A DNA stretch of 63,168 bases, the filler included, from Craspedostauros australis (Eukaryota): assembly GCA_030167865.1 (NCBI GenBank). It is 10 parts of 10 records of this genome, joined end to end, with 100 filler letters (N's around TTAATTAATTAA, not from the genome) between each part and the next. Parts side by side here need not be neighbours in the genome. Positions count along the whole stretch, not along the records: positions 9,345 to 14,235 come from JALAGF010003804.1; positions 14,336 to 19,275 come from JALAGF010003805.1; positions 19,376 to 27,959 come from JALAGF010003806.1; 7 more parts are not named here. One strand, written 5' to 3'. Below, in pieces: positions 10,138 through 24,027 of the stretch. The notes beneath the pieces were generated by a model, which searched no databases, had not been told where the DNA came from, and worked only from the letters and a program-made list of their open reading frames with translations. Every line of letters begins with the position of its first letter. Position 1 is the first letter of the stretch. Both the position numbers and the translations under genes were made by a program.

Positions 10138-13100
10138 TCATTCCATCGGACTCGTATGGTTCGGAGATGGACTGGACGGGGTGATGGAAGCAGTTTGGAT
10201 TGGCGAGAAGCACATATCCAGCAAAGGGTTCCGCACTGTCATCTTCAGTGGATCTGAGTTATGCTCATCGGACTGCCTGTGACGAGAATGTGGGGACGGT
10301 AATCGGAGTGGTGGACCGACGGATGCTGCAATCTCATCTTTTTCATCGGTCAGAGCAGCTGCGGCGCGGCTATCAAGGCGATGGCTGCGCCGAGAGGGAA
10401 GTTCTTGATTGCCCCAACGTGGTGATAGAGGCGTGTTGTGATGTGGCGTCGTCCATCCGACAGCGTTATTGTGGGGAGGCTCCCACGGAACACAAGACGG
10501 GCGCCCCGGTGACGTCTGCTGCGGCTCATCGTACCACTTGGATACACCCGTTGCAATAGACTTAAAGTCCAAGTGCCGCGCCAAAGCAAGCGATCCCAAC
10601 GGCTCCCGCAGCATCTCTGTGGCAGGAGGCTGATCCTGGTTACTGAGAAAACTGCGACACGCCCAGGCAGCAGTTTCATTGGGGATGGCGCTTATCCCAG
10701 ACCCATCTGGCGCAGATCGTGGATTGATCATTTGCATACGGCTGCCGCCCGCGACGGTAGACGAGTGGCTGAGTGTGAGAGATTCGGCGTGTGGGCCGTC
10801 TTGTGAGATGGTGGTGGCCCCATTGCGGCGGATGTTTTGAGATGGATGCGCTCTCATCAGCATGACGTGAGGCCGGCGGACAAGTTGGATCGCCACTGCT
10901 TGGCCATACTGTCGGGGCGCAAAGTCTATGCGATGGATGTTTGCTGTCTTGTTGTTTGATGCTGCGTCTGCAGTTGTTGTTGTCGTCTTTGTCTCCGTCT
11001 CCGTCGCTGTGCTTGTCTTTGCATTTTTCGAGTCTGATATCTCTCCTCCATGTTGGACTGGCGACTGTTGATCTCCTTGGGTCTGCGCATGCTTTGCGCT
11101 TGCCGGTTCGATATTCGGCAGCGGTATGTATCTGTACTTCGATCGTGTCTTGCGTGTGATAGCCTCCAAGGTGCACTTGTCGAGATCCCGATGGAAGAGT
11201 GGATGGTAGACGCATGTTCGGAGTCTTGATGGCCGAATGGGAGTATGGCGAAGATGTAGGGAGGATCAATAGAAGTGATTGTATTAGGAAATAGAAGGAC
11301 AGTGGGCCAAATCATAGCAGAGCGGATCAGAGTAGGATGCATAGTGTGCGGGGATGTTGAGGGGCTCTTTGAGAGCATCGACTGAGCAGATATGAAGATA
11401 CGGACGGGCACTGAAACAAGATGACTGTCGAAGCCGCGTCATGCGAGACATGCAGTGGTGTACATGTGAATGTCACACTCTGTTTCTCTACTTACTTGTT
11501 GGACCTTGTGCGCCAGCCATGTGCATTCAAGAGCCTACGAAACGATGATATCTTGTCGTCTACCATTACAAGTACACCAGTGCGTAGGTAAGTAGACGAA
11601 ACATCCAAGGTTGCAAGGGTAAGAATAGATCCGGACAATCGAAAGACGATTCGGTGAGAGCGCGCGTGATGGCGTGCAACGAAGGACACCTCCGCCACAA
11701 CAGAACGCCGGGACAAGTCGGGAACGAATGATGGCATGACACACATTGGGAGACGGACACTTTGGGTTGGGCCCGTAGCGACTACTCACGTGCAAAGTAT
11801 CGGGACAGGGTCGTCGGCATATCCGGGTGGTTCTGATCATATGTAAAGGCAATGCCATCGGGTGTCCATTCGAAGGGACCGTCGTCTTGCGATGATGAAT
11901 CAAGGTCACATAGCATGCGGTGCACACGTTGCGGAAAGGGAATGAGACGTCGAGATCGCCCTGCTGTGCGAGAGAGTAATGGTGTACGGCGATTCTTGTT
12001 CTCCGACTTGAACGTGGATCGTGCCTTGGTCTTTGCTGTTGACTTTGCTTTTGAGGCTGACAATAATTCAAGAGCACTCTGAGGTTGGTCGTTGGTTGAG
12101 TCGATGTTGCTACGAGTAGTAGCTACGCTGCTTTTGGAGTGGCCATGGGAGATGGGAGCAATTTCAGGGGCCTCTGTGACGACCAGCGGATGCTGATCAT
12201 CTTGCATGAGAACAGAGGAAAGATATTGCTTCCGAGGAAGGAGCTCCAACGCGCGCCTTCGCTGCCGTTCCATGGACCTGCTCACCCGCCGTGAAATCCG
12301 GTGGTTTGTTCCACGGTTGTTGTTGCTTCGGGCAGGCGCCGGCGATGGCTGTGAGAGATGTGGTGGCGGTGGGCATTTGAGTTGCGATCGGGCTGGATGG
12401 TGCGAGGAAGTCGGTTCGATGACCTTTCGTCCACGTCTCGAAGACGACGCTCGCAAGAATCGCAACAGTTGAGAAGGGGTCTTTTGCTCGGTTTCTTCCT
12501 GTTTGATTGCAGCGGCGACGTTGGCTTCGTCAGGAATACGAGTAGGACCGGCGTTGCCATTGCTCCTCTTGATATTGTTGGTGCGTTTGGCTTGTTCCCC
12601 ACCGGCGATTGCTCCTGCGGTTGTGTGTGTGGCCAGAGCAGTCCATGGAGTAAGGCGGAGACCAATTCCGTCTTGGTTCGATGGTTGTCGCTTTGCGATC
12701 AACGCCATGTTGCGGATGTTGCTTGCATGTATGCTTTTGCCAACAGGACGCTGTGTATTCGCGCGGCGAGATGAAGGCGTTAGCGCCGATTGCGCCGAGT
12801 TGAGAAATGAACAAATGAACGAACAAACAAAGTGCGTGGGGTAAGTTGGTGCTGGTCTGATGGAATCTACGTCGAGGAAGTAGACACAGGTTCCTTGAAA
12901 CGTGCACAGAGGAGTGCGACCTCCAACAAGGATCAGGCTGCGCTCTCCATTGTGGACGCCCCGCTTGTTGCTGACTTGTGTCCTTACCTCCATTTGGTTT
13001 GCGACGCTCGACAAGTTCTCTTCGTTCTCACAACCAATGTCATCATGACTATCATCATCACTATTGCTATCTTGTGGTTCTTGCTTGATCCCGTGCAGAG

Positions 13101-13384
13101 CAATGATGTCAACAATGTTGGTGTTGGCATTCGGGATGGCGCTGTCGCTGTCGCTTGTGAGGGATTGTTGGATGCATCCACTGTCGTCTACCTTGATACC
13201 TGCATTTTGCGACAGAGATGAAGTCTTGCGATGAGACTGACATCTAGCATGGGTGTAGCGACGAGGCTGCGCATCGCTTGTGCCACAAGGATGCAGCGGC
13301 TCCATCTTGTGTCTTGCGTTACCTGCGCGTACTCTAATGCGATCTGAATGGTATTGGATGAAGCGTGAGTCTTCCTGATTGATG
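10138..13384 (-). CDS. HSF-type DNA-binding transcription factor, copy A (multi-exon, 5' end unresolved)
   Basis: Reverse complement of the spliced HSF gene reconstructed at 19376-22621. Confidence 0.7.
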
Positions 13385-15128
13385 GCAGATGGTGATCCAC
13401 ACGACAGAGGCACAAGAAGCAATGTCAGCAAGTGCAAGAGAGTGAGATGTGAGATGATGCGTGCTTACCGTTGGCGCAAACAATAGTGTGGGCGAATCGT
13501 GTTGCGAACCAGATGCGGTGTGGATGCGCTGGCCATCGAGAGCAGCAGCAAGATGTCTCATGCATGGCAGGTTGGATTGGGCAGCACTCACCGTTCTGGA
13601 TCTTGTAGCAGAGCAATGGACAATGGGTAGTGTGCGATGGACAATGAGCGATGACTTTGGTCTGCTTCTTCTGTACTACTTCGTGCTCATCGCATGGGTT
13701 GGCGCCTATGCCCTCGTTTCTCCTCTGCTTTTGATGGGCGAAGGGATCGCAGATCTCTGCTCTGATGGCAGAAACCCGTAGCGATATTGATCGGGAGCAC
13801 ACAGCAGAGTCGGAGGGATGTTGGAGAACAGTCCGTACTGGTGTGCGTGTGTGTATGTACGGCGCATGCGAAGAACAGCAGATGCGCTTGGAGCTGGATG
13901 GGCTGTCCATGTCTTGCCTCGGCTGCCGATGCCCGTCCAGCCAACCCCCTGTCATTGCCATCGGCTCAGGAATGTCATCATGCTTCCTTTTCGCGCCAAT
14001 GTGGGAGATATCCAAAACTGATGTGCGGGGACACCATTGAAGGGCCACATGTATTACAACAAAGATGCTTCTCCATTCACACCTTCTGGCTCTTGCTTTG
14101 CCACCTGTTCGCCCAGTCGGCATCGAGGCGGCATCTTGGTTGTGACGGCGCCTGCATCATCATCTTGGTATGGTTGGTATTGCACTTCGCGCGGGGAGCC
14201 AAAGTTGGAGGTTGATGATGAATGATGGATTCGTTNNNNNNNNNNNNNNNNNNNNNNNNNNNNNNNNNNNNNNNNNNNNTTAATTAATTAANNNNNNNNN
14301 NNNNNNNNNNNNNNNNNNNNNNNNNNNNNNNNNNNGTTTCGATCCAACCTCGATACTCCCTGTTCCCGCAATACCTTGGCGCGGAGTTCCCACGTTCTTC
14401 CGTTGTTGTTTGGTTGATGTGATCCCACGAGACATCTGGAATCCAAAGGCGTGACCGTTGCGTCTGATACGATTCACCCTCGCGCAGATCCATTGAATAG
14501 GCCAACGGCTCTATCTTGGCAGCCTCGTAGTGTTCTATGAAGTATACTTACACATGTATCAAAGAAGAGCAAGTGTCATCATTGTTGGCGAAACTGCTGC
14601 ATGATCAAGAGAGTAATTCGTCCCCTCTCATGGTACAGTTGGTGTTCGCTCATTTGCTGACGCGTCTCATCCCCGTCGCTCTCCCTCTCCCTCTGCTATT
14701 GGATTCATTCATTCATTCATCCACTCGTATTCATCGCAACAGGAGATGGACGTGAACGCAGTTGGTATCATTCGCCCTCTCTTCGATCTCCATCTTTGAT
14801 AGCGCTCTTGCATGCGTCTTCGTCTTCACGCTCTTCCGAGAGGTTCGTCGAGGCTGCGAGTTTGCTTTTGTTCCAACGGTTGTGATCCCAAGAGGCACAG
14901 CGTGGATTTGGAAACAATCAACGTCGACGGAGGTCAAGGAGTAACAGAATGCTCGTAGTGGTACACTACCTAGTGTACTCTGCGATGACACGCATCGCCA
15001 GAAGAAACTCTTTCCAATGTGTAGTCTTGGGGGAGGATTGTTTGGTTTATGAATATGAATATGAAGATGGATGTGCATGTTTGCATGGTATGGCATGTCT
15101 GCTCAGAGTGTATGTCGTTCTTTGGCGA

Positions 15129-18100
15129 TCATTCCATCGGACTCGTATGGTTCGGAGATGGACTGGACGGGGTGATGGAAGCAGTTTGGATTGGCGAGAA
15201 GCACATATCCAGCAAAGGGTTCCGCACTGTCATCTTCAGTGGATCTGAGTTATGCTCATCGGACTGCCTGTGACGAGAATGTGGGGACGGTAATCGGAGT
15301 GGTGGACCGACGGATGCTGCAATCTCATCTTTTTCATCGGTCAGAGCAGCTGCGGCGCGGCTATCAAGGCGATGGCTGCGCCGAGAGGGAAGTTCTTGAT
15401 TGCCCCAACGTGGTGATAGAGGCGTGTTGTGATGTGGCGTCGTCCATCCGACAGCGTTATTGTGGGGAGGCTCCCACGGAACACAAGACGGGCGCCCCGG
15501 TGACGTCTGCTGCGGCTCATCGTACCACTTGGATACACCCGTTGCAATAGACTTAAAGTCCAAGTGCCGCGCCAAAGCAAGCGATCCCAACGGCTCCCGC
15601 AGCATCTCTGTGGCAGGAGGCTGATCCTGGTTACTGAGAAAACTGCGACACGCCCAGGCAGCAGTTTCATTGGGGATGGCGCTTATCCCAGACCCATCTG
15701 GCGCAGATCGTGGATTGATCATTTGCATACGGCTGCCGCCCGCGACGGTAGACGAGTGGCTGAGTGTGAGAGATTCGGCGTGTGGGCCGTCTTGTGAGAT
15801 GGTGGTGGCCCCATTGCGGCGGATGTTTTGAGATGGATGCGCTCTCATCAGCATGACGTGAGGCCGGCGGACAAGTTGGATCGCCACTGCTTGGCCATAC
15901 TGTCGGGGCGCAAAGTCTATGCGATGGATGTTTGCTGTCTTGTTGTTTGATGCTGCGTCTGCAGTTGTTGTTGTCGTCTTTGTCTCCGTCTCCGTCGCTG
16001 TGCTTGTCTTTGCATTTTTCGAGTCTGATATCTCTCCTCCATGTTGGACTGGCGACTGTTGATCTCCTTGGGTCTGCGCATGCTTTGCGCTTGCCGGTTC
16101 GATATTCGGCAGCGGTATGTATCTGTACTTCGATCGTGTCTTGCGTGTGATAGCCTCCAAGGTGCACTTGTCGAGATCCCGATGGAAGAGTGGATGGTAG
16201 ACGCATGTTCGGAGTCTTGATGGCCGAATGGGAGTATGGCGAAGATGTAGGGAGGATCAATAGAAGTGATTGTATTAGGAAATAGAAGGACAGTGGGCCA
16301 AATCATAGCAGAGCGGATCAGAGTAGGATGCATAGTGTGCGGGGATGTTGAGGGGCTCTTTGAGAGCATCGACTGAGCAGATATGAAGATACGGACGGGC
16401 ACTGAAACAAGATGACTGTCGAAGCCGCGTCATGCGAGACATGCAGTGGTGTACATGTGAATGTCACACTCTGTTTCTCTACTTACTTGTTGGACCTTGT
16501 GCGCCAGCCATGTGCATTCAAGAGCCTACGAAACGATGATATCTTGTCGTCTACCATTACAAGTACACCAGTGCGTAGGTAAGTAGACGAAACATCCAAG
16601 GTTGCAAGGGTAAGAATAGATCCGGACAATCGAAAGACGATTCGGTGAGAGCGCGCGTGATGGCGTGCAACGAAGGACACCTCCGCCACAACAGAACGCC
16701 GGGACAAGTCGGGAACGAATGATGGCATGACACACATTGGGAGACGGACACTTTGGGTTGGGCCCGTAGCGACTACTCACGTGCAAAGTATCGGGACAGG
16801 GTCGTCGGCATATCCGGGTGGTTCTGATCATATGTAAAGGCAATGCCATCGGGTGTCCATTCGAAGGGACCGTCGTCTTGCGATGATGAATCAAGGTCAC
16901 ATAGCATGCGGTGCACACGTTGCGGAAAGGGAATGAGACGTCGAGATCGCCCTGCTGTGCGAGAGAGTAATGGTGTACGGCGATTCTTGTTCTCCGACTT
17001 GAACGTGGATCGTGCCTTGGTCTTTGCTGTTGACTTTGCTTTTGAGGCTGACAATAATTCAAGAGCACTCTGAGGTTGGTCGTTGGTTGAGTCGATGTTG
17101 CTACGAGTAGTAGCTACGCTGCTTTTGGAGTGGCCATGGGAGATGGGAGCAATTTCAGGGGCCTCTGTGACGACCAGCGGATGCTGATCATCTTGCATGA
17201 GAACAGAGGAAAGATATTGCTTCCGAGGAAGGAGCTCCAACGCGCGCCTTCGCTGCCGTTCCATGGACCTGCTCACCCGCCGTGAAATCCGGTGGTTTGT
17301 TCCACGGTTGTTGTTGCTTCGGGCAGGCGCCGGCGATGGCTGTGAGAGATGTGGTGGCGGTGGGCATTTGAGTTGCGATCGGGCTGGATGGTGCGAGGAA
17401 GTCGGTTCGATGACCTTTCGTCCACGTCTCGAAGACGACGCTCGCAAGAATCGCAACAGTTGAGAAGGGGTCTTTTGCTCGGTTTCTTCCTGTTTGATTG
17501 CAGCGGCGACGTTGGCTTCGTCAGGAATACGAGTAGGACCGGCGTTGCCATTGCTCCTCTTGATATTGTTGGTGCGTTTGGCTTGTTCCCCACCGGCGAT
17601 TGCTCCTGCGGTTGTGTGTGTGGCCAGAGCAGTCCATGGAGTAAGGCGGAGACCAATTCCGTCTTGGTTCGATGGTTGTCGCTTTGCGATCAACGCCATG
17701 TTGCGGATGTTGCTTGCATGTATGCTTTTGCCAACAGGACGCTGTGTATTCGCGCGGCGAGATGAAGGCGTTAGCGCCGATTGCGCCGAGTTGAGAAATG
17801 AACAAATGAACGAACAAACAAAGTGCGTGGGGTAAGTTGGTGCTGGTCTGATGGAATCTACGTCGAGGAAGTAGACACAGGTTCCTTGAAACGTGCACAG
17901 AGGAGTGCGACCTCCAACAAGGATCAGGCTGCGCTCTCCATTGTGGACGCCCCGCTTGTTGCTGACTTGTGTCCTTACCTCCATTTGGTTTGCGACGCTC
18001 GACAAGTTCTCTTCGTTCTCACAACCAATGTCATCATGACTATCATCATCACTATTGCTATCTTGTGGTTCTTGCTTGATCCCGTGCAGAGCAATGATGT

Positions 18101-18461
18101 CAACAATGTTGGTGTTGGCATTCGGGATGGCGCTGTCGCTGTCGCTTGTGAGGGATTGTTGGATGCATCCACTGTCGTCTACCTTGATACCTGCATTTTG
18201 CGACAGAGATGAAGTCTTGCGATGAGACTGACATCTAGCATGGGTGTAGCGACGAGGCTGCGCATCGCTTGTGCCACAAGGATGCAGCGGCTCCATCTTG
18301 TGTCTTGCGTTACCTGCGCGTACTCTAATGCGATCTGAATGGTATTGGATGAAGCGTGAGTCTTCCTGATTGATCTTTGTTTCGTGCAGAACTATTATGT
18401 CGATTGTTGATTGTTGACTGCTGATTGATGGTAGATGATGATCCACACGACAGAGACACAA
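15129..18461 (-). CDS. HSF-type transcription factor, copy A' (multi-exon, 5' end unresolved)
   Basis: Same as copy A, plus a 55-nt segment encoding QSTIDIIVLHETKI. Confidence 0.7.
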
Positions 18462-19375
18462 GAAGCAATGTCAGCGAGTGCAAGAGAGTGAGATGATGCG
18501 TGCTTACCGTTGGCGCAAACTATAGTGTGGGTGGATCATGTTGCGAACCAGATGCGGTATGGATGCACTGGCCATCGAGAGCAGCAGCAAGATGTCTCAT
18601 GAATGGCAGGTTGGATTGGGCAGCACTCACCGTTTCTGGATCTTGCAACAGAGCAATGGACAATGGGTAGTGTGCGATGGACAATGAGCGATGACTTTGG
18701 TCTGCTTCTTCTGTACTACTTCGTGCTCATCGCATGGGTTGGCGCCTATGCCCTCGTTTCTCCTCTGCTTTTGATGGGCGAAGGGATCGCAGATCTCTGC
18801 TCTGATGGCAGAAACCCGTAGCGATATTGATCGGGAGCACACAGCAGAGTCGGAGGGATGTTGGAGAACAGTCCGTACTGGTGTGCGTGTGTGTATGTAC
18901 GGCGCATGCGAAGAACAGCAGATGCGCTTGGAGCTGGATGGGCTGTCCATGTCTTGCCTCGGCTGCCGATGCCCGTCCAGCCAACCCCCTGTCATTGCCA
19001 TCGGCTCAGGAATGTCATCATGCTTCCTTTTCGCGCCAATGTGGGAGATATCCAAAACTGATGTGCGGGGACACCATTGAAGGGCCACATGTATTACAAC
19101 AAAGATGCTTCTCCATTCACACCTTCTGGCTCTTGCTTTGCCACCTGTTCGCCCAGTCGGCATCGAGGCGGCATCTTGGTTGTGACGGCGCCTGCATCAT
19201 CATCTTGGTATGGTTGGTATTGCACTTCGCGCGGGGAGCCAAAGTTGGAGGTTGATGATGAATGATGGATTCGTTNNNNNNNNNNNNNNNNNNNNNNNNN
19301 NNNNNNNNNNNNNNNNNNNTTAATTAATTAANNNNNNNNNNNNNNNNNNNNNNNNNNNNNNNNNNNNNNNNNNNN

Positions 19376-22300
19376 ATCAATCAGGAAGACTCACGCTTCA
19401 TCCAATACCATTCAGATCGCATTAGAGTACGCGCAGGTAACGCAAGACACAAGATGGAGCCGCTGCATCCTTGTGGCACAAGCGATGCGCAGCCTCGTCG
19501 CTACACCCATGCTAGATGTCAGTCTCATCGCAAGACTTCATCTCTGTCGCAAAATGCAGGTATCAAGGTAGACGACAGTGGATGCATCCAACAATCCCTC
19601 ACAAGCGACAGCGACAGCGCCATCCCGAATGCCAACACCAACATTGTTGACATCATTGCTCTGCACGGGATCAAGCAAGAACCACAAGATAGCAATAGTG
19701 ATGATGATAGTCATGATGACATTGGTTGTGAGAACGAAGAGAACTTGTCGAGCGTCGCAAACCAAATGGAGGTAAGGACACAAGTCAGCAACAAGCGGGG
19801 CGTCCACAATGGAGAGCGCAGCCTGATCCTTGTTGGAGGTCGCACTCCTCTGTGCACGTTTCAAGGAACCTGTGTCTACTTCCTCGACGTAGATTCCATC
19901 AGACCAGCACCAACTTACCCCACGCACTTTGTTTGTTCGTTCATTTGTTCATTTCTCAACTCGGCGCAATCGGCGCTAACGCCTTCATCTCGCCGCGCGA
20001 ATACACAGCGTCCTGTTGGCAAAAGCATACATGCAAGCAACATCCGCAACATGGCGTTGATCGCAAAGCGACAACCATCGAACCAAGACGGAATTGGTCT
20101 CCGCCTTACTCCATGGACTGCTCTGGCCACACACACAACCGCAGGAGCAATCGCCGGTGGGGAACAAGCCAAACGCACCAACAATATCAAGAGGAGCAAT
20201 GGCAACGCCGGTCCTACTCGTATTCCTGACGAAGCCAACGTCGCCGCTGCAATCAAACAGGAAGAAACCGAGCAAAAGACCCCTTCTCAACTGTTGCGAT
20301 TCTTGCGAGCGTCGTCTTCGAGACGTGGACGAAAGGTCATCGAACCGACTTCCTCGCACCATCCAGCCCGATCGCAACTCAAATGCCCACCGCCACCACA
20401 TCTCTCACAGCCATCGCCGGCGCCTGCCCGAAGCAACAACAACCGTGGAACAAACCACCGGATTTCACGGCGGGTGAGCAGGTCCATGGAACGGCAGCGA
20501 AGGCGCGCGTTGGAGCTCCTTCCTCGGAAGCAATATCTTTCCTCTGTTCTCATGCAAGATGATCAGCATCCGCTGGTCGTCACAGAGGCCCCTGAAATTG
20601 CTCCCATCTCCCATGGCCACTCCAAAAGCAGCGTAGCTACTACTCGTAGCAACATCGACTCAACCAACGACCAACCTCAGAGTGCTCTTGAATTATTGTC
20701 AGCCTCAAAAGCAAAGTCAACAGCAAAGACCAAGGCACGATCCACGTTCAAGTCGGAGAACAAGAATCGCCGTACACCATTACTCTCTCGCACAGCAGGG
20801 CGATCTCGACGTCTCATTCCCTTTCCGCAACGTGTGCACCGCATGCTATGTGACCTTGATTCATCATCGCAAGACGACGGTCCCTTCGAATGGACACCCG
20901 ATGGCATTGCCTTTACATATGATCAGAACCACCCGGATATGCCGACGACCCTGTCCCGATACTTTGCACGTGAGTAGTCGCTACGGGCCCAACCCAAAGT
21001 GTCCGTCTCCCAATGTGTGTCATGCCATCATTCGTTCCCGACTTGTCCCGGCGTTCTGTTGTGGCGGAGGTGTCCTTCGTTGCACGCCATCACGCGCGCT
21101 CTCACCGAATCGTCTTTCGATTGTCCGGATCTATTCTTACCCTTGCAACCTTGGATGTTTCGTCTACTTACCTACGCACTGGTGTACTTGTAATGGTAGA
21201 CGACAAGATATCATCGTTTCGTAGGCTCTTGAATGCACATGGCTGGCGCACAAGGTCCAACAAGTAAGTAGAGAAACAGAGTGTGACATTCACATGTACA
21301 CCACTGCATGTCTCGCATGACGCGGCTTCGACAGTCATCTTGTTTCAGTGCCCGTCCGTATCTTCATATCTGCTCAGTCGATGCTCTCAAAGAGCCCCTC
21401 AACATCCCCGCACACTATGCATCCTACTCTGATCCGCTCTGCTATGATTTGGCCCACTGTCCTTCTATTTCCTAATACAATCACTTCTATTGATCCTCCC
21501 TACATCTTCGCCATACTCCCATTCGGCCATCAAGACTCCGAACATGCGTCTACCATCCACTCTTCCATCGGGATCTCGACAAGTGCACCTTGGAGGCTAT
21601 CACACGCAAGACACGATCGAAGTACAGATACATACCGCTGCCGAATATCGAACCGGCAAGCGCAAAGCATGCGCAGACCCAAGGAGATCAACAGTCGCCA
21701 GTCCAACATGGAGGAGAGATATCAGACTCGAAAAATGCAAAGACAAGCACAGCGACGGAGACGGAGACAAAGACGACAACAACAACTGCAGACGCAGCAT
21801 CAAACAACAAGACAGCAAACATCCATCGCATAGACTTTGCGCCCCGACAGTATGGCCAAGCAGTGGCGATCCAACTTGTCCGCCGGCCTCACGTCATGCT
21901 GATGAGAGCGCATCCATCTCAAAACATCCGCCGCAATGGGGCCACCACCATCTCACAAGACGGCCCACACGCCGAATCTCTCACACTCAGCCACTCGTCT
22001 ACCGTCGCGGGCGGCAGCCGTATGCAAATGATCAATCCACGATCTGCGCCAGATGGGTCTGGGATAAGCGCCATCCCCAATGAAACTGCTGCCTGGGCGT
22101 GTCGCAGTTTTCTCAGTAACCAGGATCAGCCTCCTGCCACAGAGATGCTGCGGGAGCCGTTGGGATCGCTTGCTTTGGCGCGGCACTTGGACTTTAAGTC
22201 TATTGCAACGGGTGTATCCAAGTGGTACGATGAGCCGCAGCAGACGTCACCGGGGCGCCCGTCTTGTGTTCCGTGGGAGCCTCCCCACAATAACGCTGTC

Positions 22301-22621
22301 GGATGGACGACGCCACATCACAACACGCCTCTATCACCACGTTGGGGCAATCAAGAACTTCCCTCTCGGCGCAGCCATCGCCTTGATAGCCGCGCCGCAG
22401 CTGCTCTGACCGATGAAAAAGATGAGATTGCAGCATCCGTCGGTCCACCACTCCGATTACCGTCCCCACATTCTCGTCACAGGCAGTCCGATGAGCATAA
22501 CTCAGATCCACTGAAGATGACAGTGCGGAACCCTTTGCTGGATATGTGCTTCTCGCCAATCCAAACTGCTTCCATCACCCCGTCCAGTCCATCTCCGAAC
22601 CATACGAGTCCGATGGAATGA
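19376..22621 (+). CDS. HSF-type transcription factor, copy B (5' partial; exons ..20969, 21200-21263, 21535-22621)
   Basis: Removing GT-AG introns 20970-21199 and 21264-21534 gives FPQRVHRML..FEWTPDGIAF..LSRYFAHDKISSFRRLLNAHGW..VYHPLFHRD..LEAITRK, the HSF DNA-binding signature. A further intron is probable near 19772-20008. Confidence 0.8.
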
Positions 22622-24027
22622 TCGCCAAAGAACGACATACACTCTGAGCAGACATGCCATACCATGCAAACATGCACATCCATCTTCATATTCATATTCA
22701 TAAACCAAACAATCCTCCCCCAAGACTACACATTGGAAAGAGTTTCTTCTGGCGATGCGTGTCATCGCAGAGTACACTAGGTAGTGTACCACTACGAGCA
22801 TTCTGTTACTCCTTGACCTCCGTCGACGTTGATTGTTTCCAAATCCACGCTGTGCCTCTTGGGATCACAACCGTTGGAACAAAAGCAAACTCGCAGCCTC
22901 GACGAACCTCTCGGAAGAGCGTGAAGACGAAGACGCATGCAAGAGCGCTATCAAAGATGGAGATCGAAGAGAGGGCGAATGATACCAACTGCGTTCACGT
23001 CCATCTCCTGTTGCGATGAATACGAGTGGATGAATGAATGAATGAATCCAATAGCAGAGGGAGAGGGAGAGCGACGGGGATGAGACGCGTCAGCAAATGA
23101 GCGAACACCAACTGTACCATGAGAGGGGACGAATTACTCTCTTGATCATGCAGCAGTTTCGCCAACAATGATGACACTTGCTCTTCTTTGATACATGTGT
23201 AAGTATACTTCATAGAACACTACGAGGCTGCCAAGATAGAGCCGTTGGCCTATTCAATGGATCTGCGCGAGGGTGAATCGTATCAGACGCAACGGTCACG
23301 CCTTTGGATTCCAGATGTCTCGTGGGATCACATCAACCAAACAACAACGGAAGAACGTGGGAACTCCGCGCCAAGGTATTGCGGGAACAGGGAGTATCGA
23401 GGTTGGATCGAAACGGACTGATCGTGGAAACTCTCCATCACGAAAACCATAGTCCCGTGGAACCTAAAGCATGGCAAGTCAGAGCATGCAGTATCAAGCG
23501 CTATGGGCAGGGAAGGAGTGGCTTCGCAATCAGCTTACATAATTTGATCTCACACTTCAGAATCACTTCCAACCGACGCATACGTACGCCAGGACGCACA
23601 CAAGCACAACTGGGGCAATCCATCCATCCATCCAGTGAGTGGTGACAGAGATAGCCGCAGAGCAACTTCCGCACATGAACTTATTTGCGTCTATGCTTGT
23701 AATCAGCCTTTCGCTTGCGTCGCACTTGCGATTGAACATGCGATTGCATCTGCCGTGTGTCGATACCGTGGAATTCGAATTCTTCCAACAACTCCAACTC
23801 GCTCATCATTGGCATCATTTTTGTGATTGGTTCATTTTCCGCTTTCATGCTCGTTCGCCTGCATTCCCTGCTGCATATTTCTGCCGCTTCCCTATGATTG
23901 AAGACACACGCCGAAAGCACAATTGACATACAAGTACAAACTTGCCAGCACATCCAATCCTGAGCAATCAGCACCCAAAACTCAACAGAGAACTGCCAAC
24001 AATCTTCCGAGAGCCGGCGATTTGATC

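Larger units (their letters stand above)
9345..19275. repeat. Contig pair A (9345-14235) / A' (14336-19275): near-identical direct copies, probably alternative haplotypes
   Basis: Same first and last bases. Offset is 4991 before and 5040 after a variable block at about 13375-13610 / 18366-18650. Confidence 0.9.

Noticed and set aside
14336..23414. Large inverted repeat or palindromic amplification around 19.3 kb
   Set aside because: The arms are separate contigs joined by a spacer; this is an overlap in opposite orientation.
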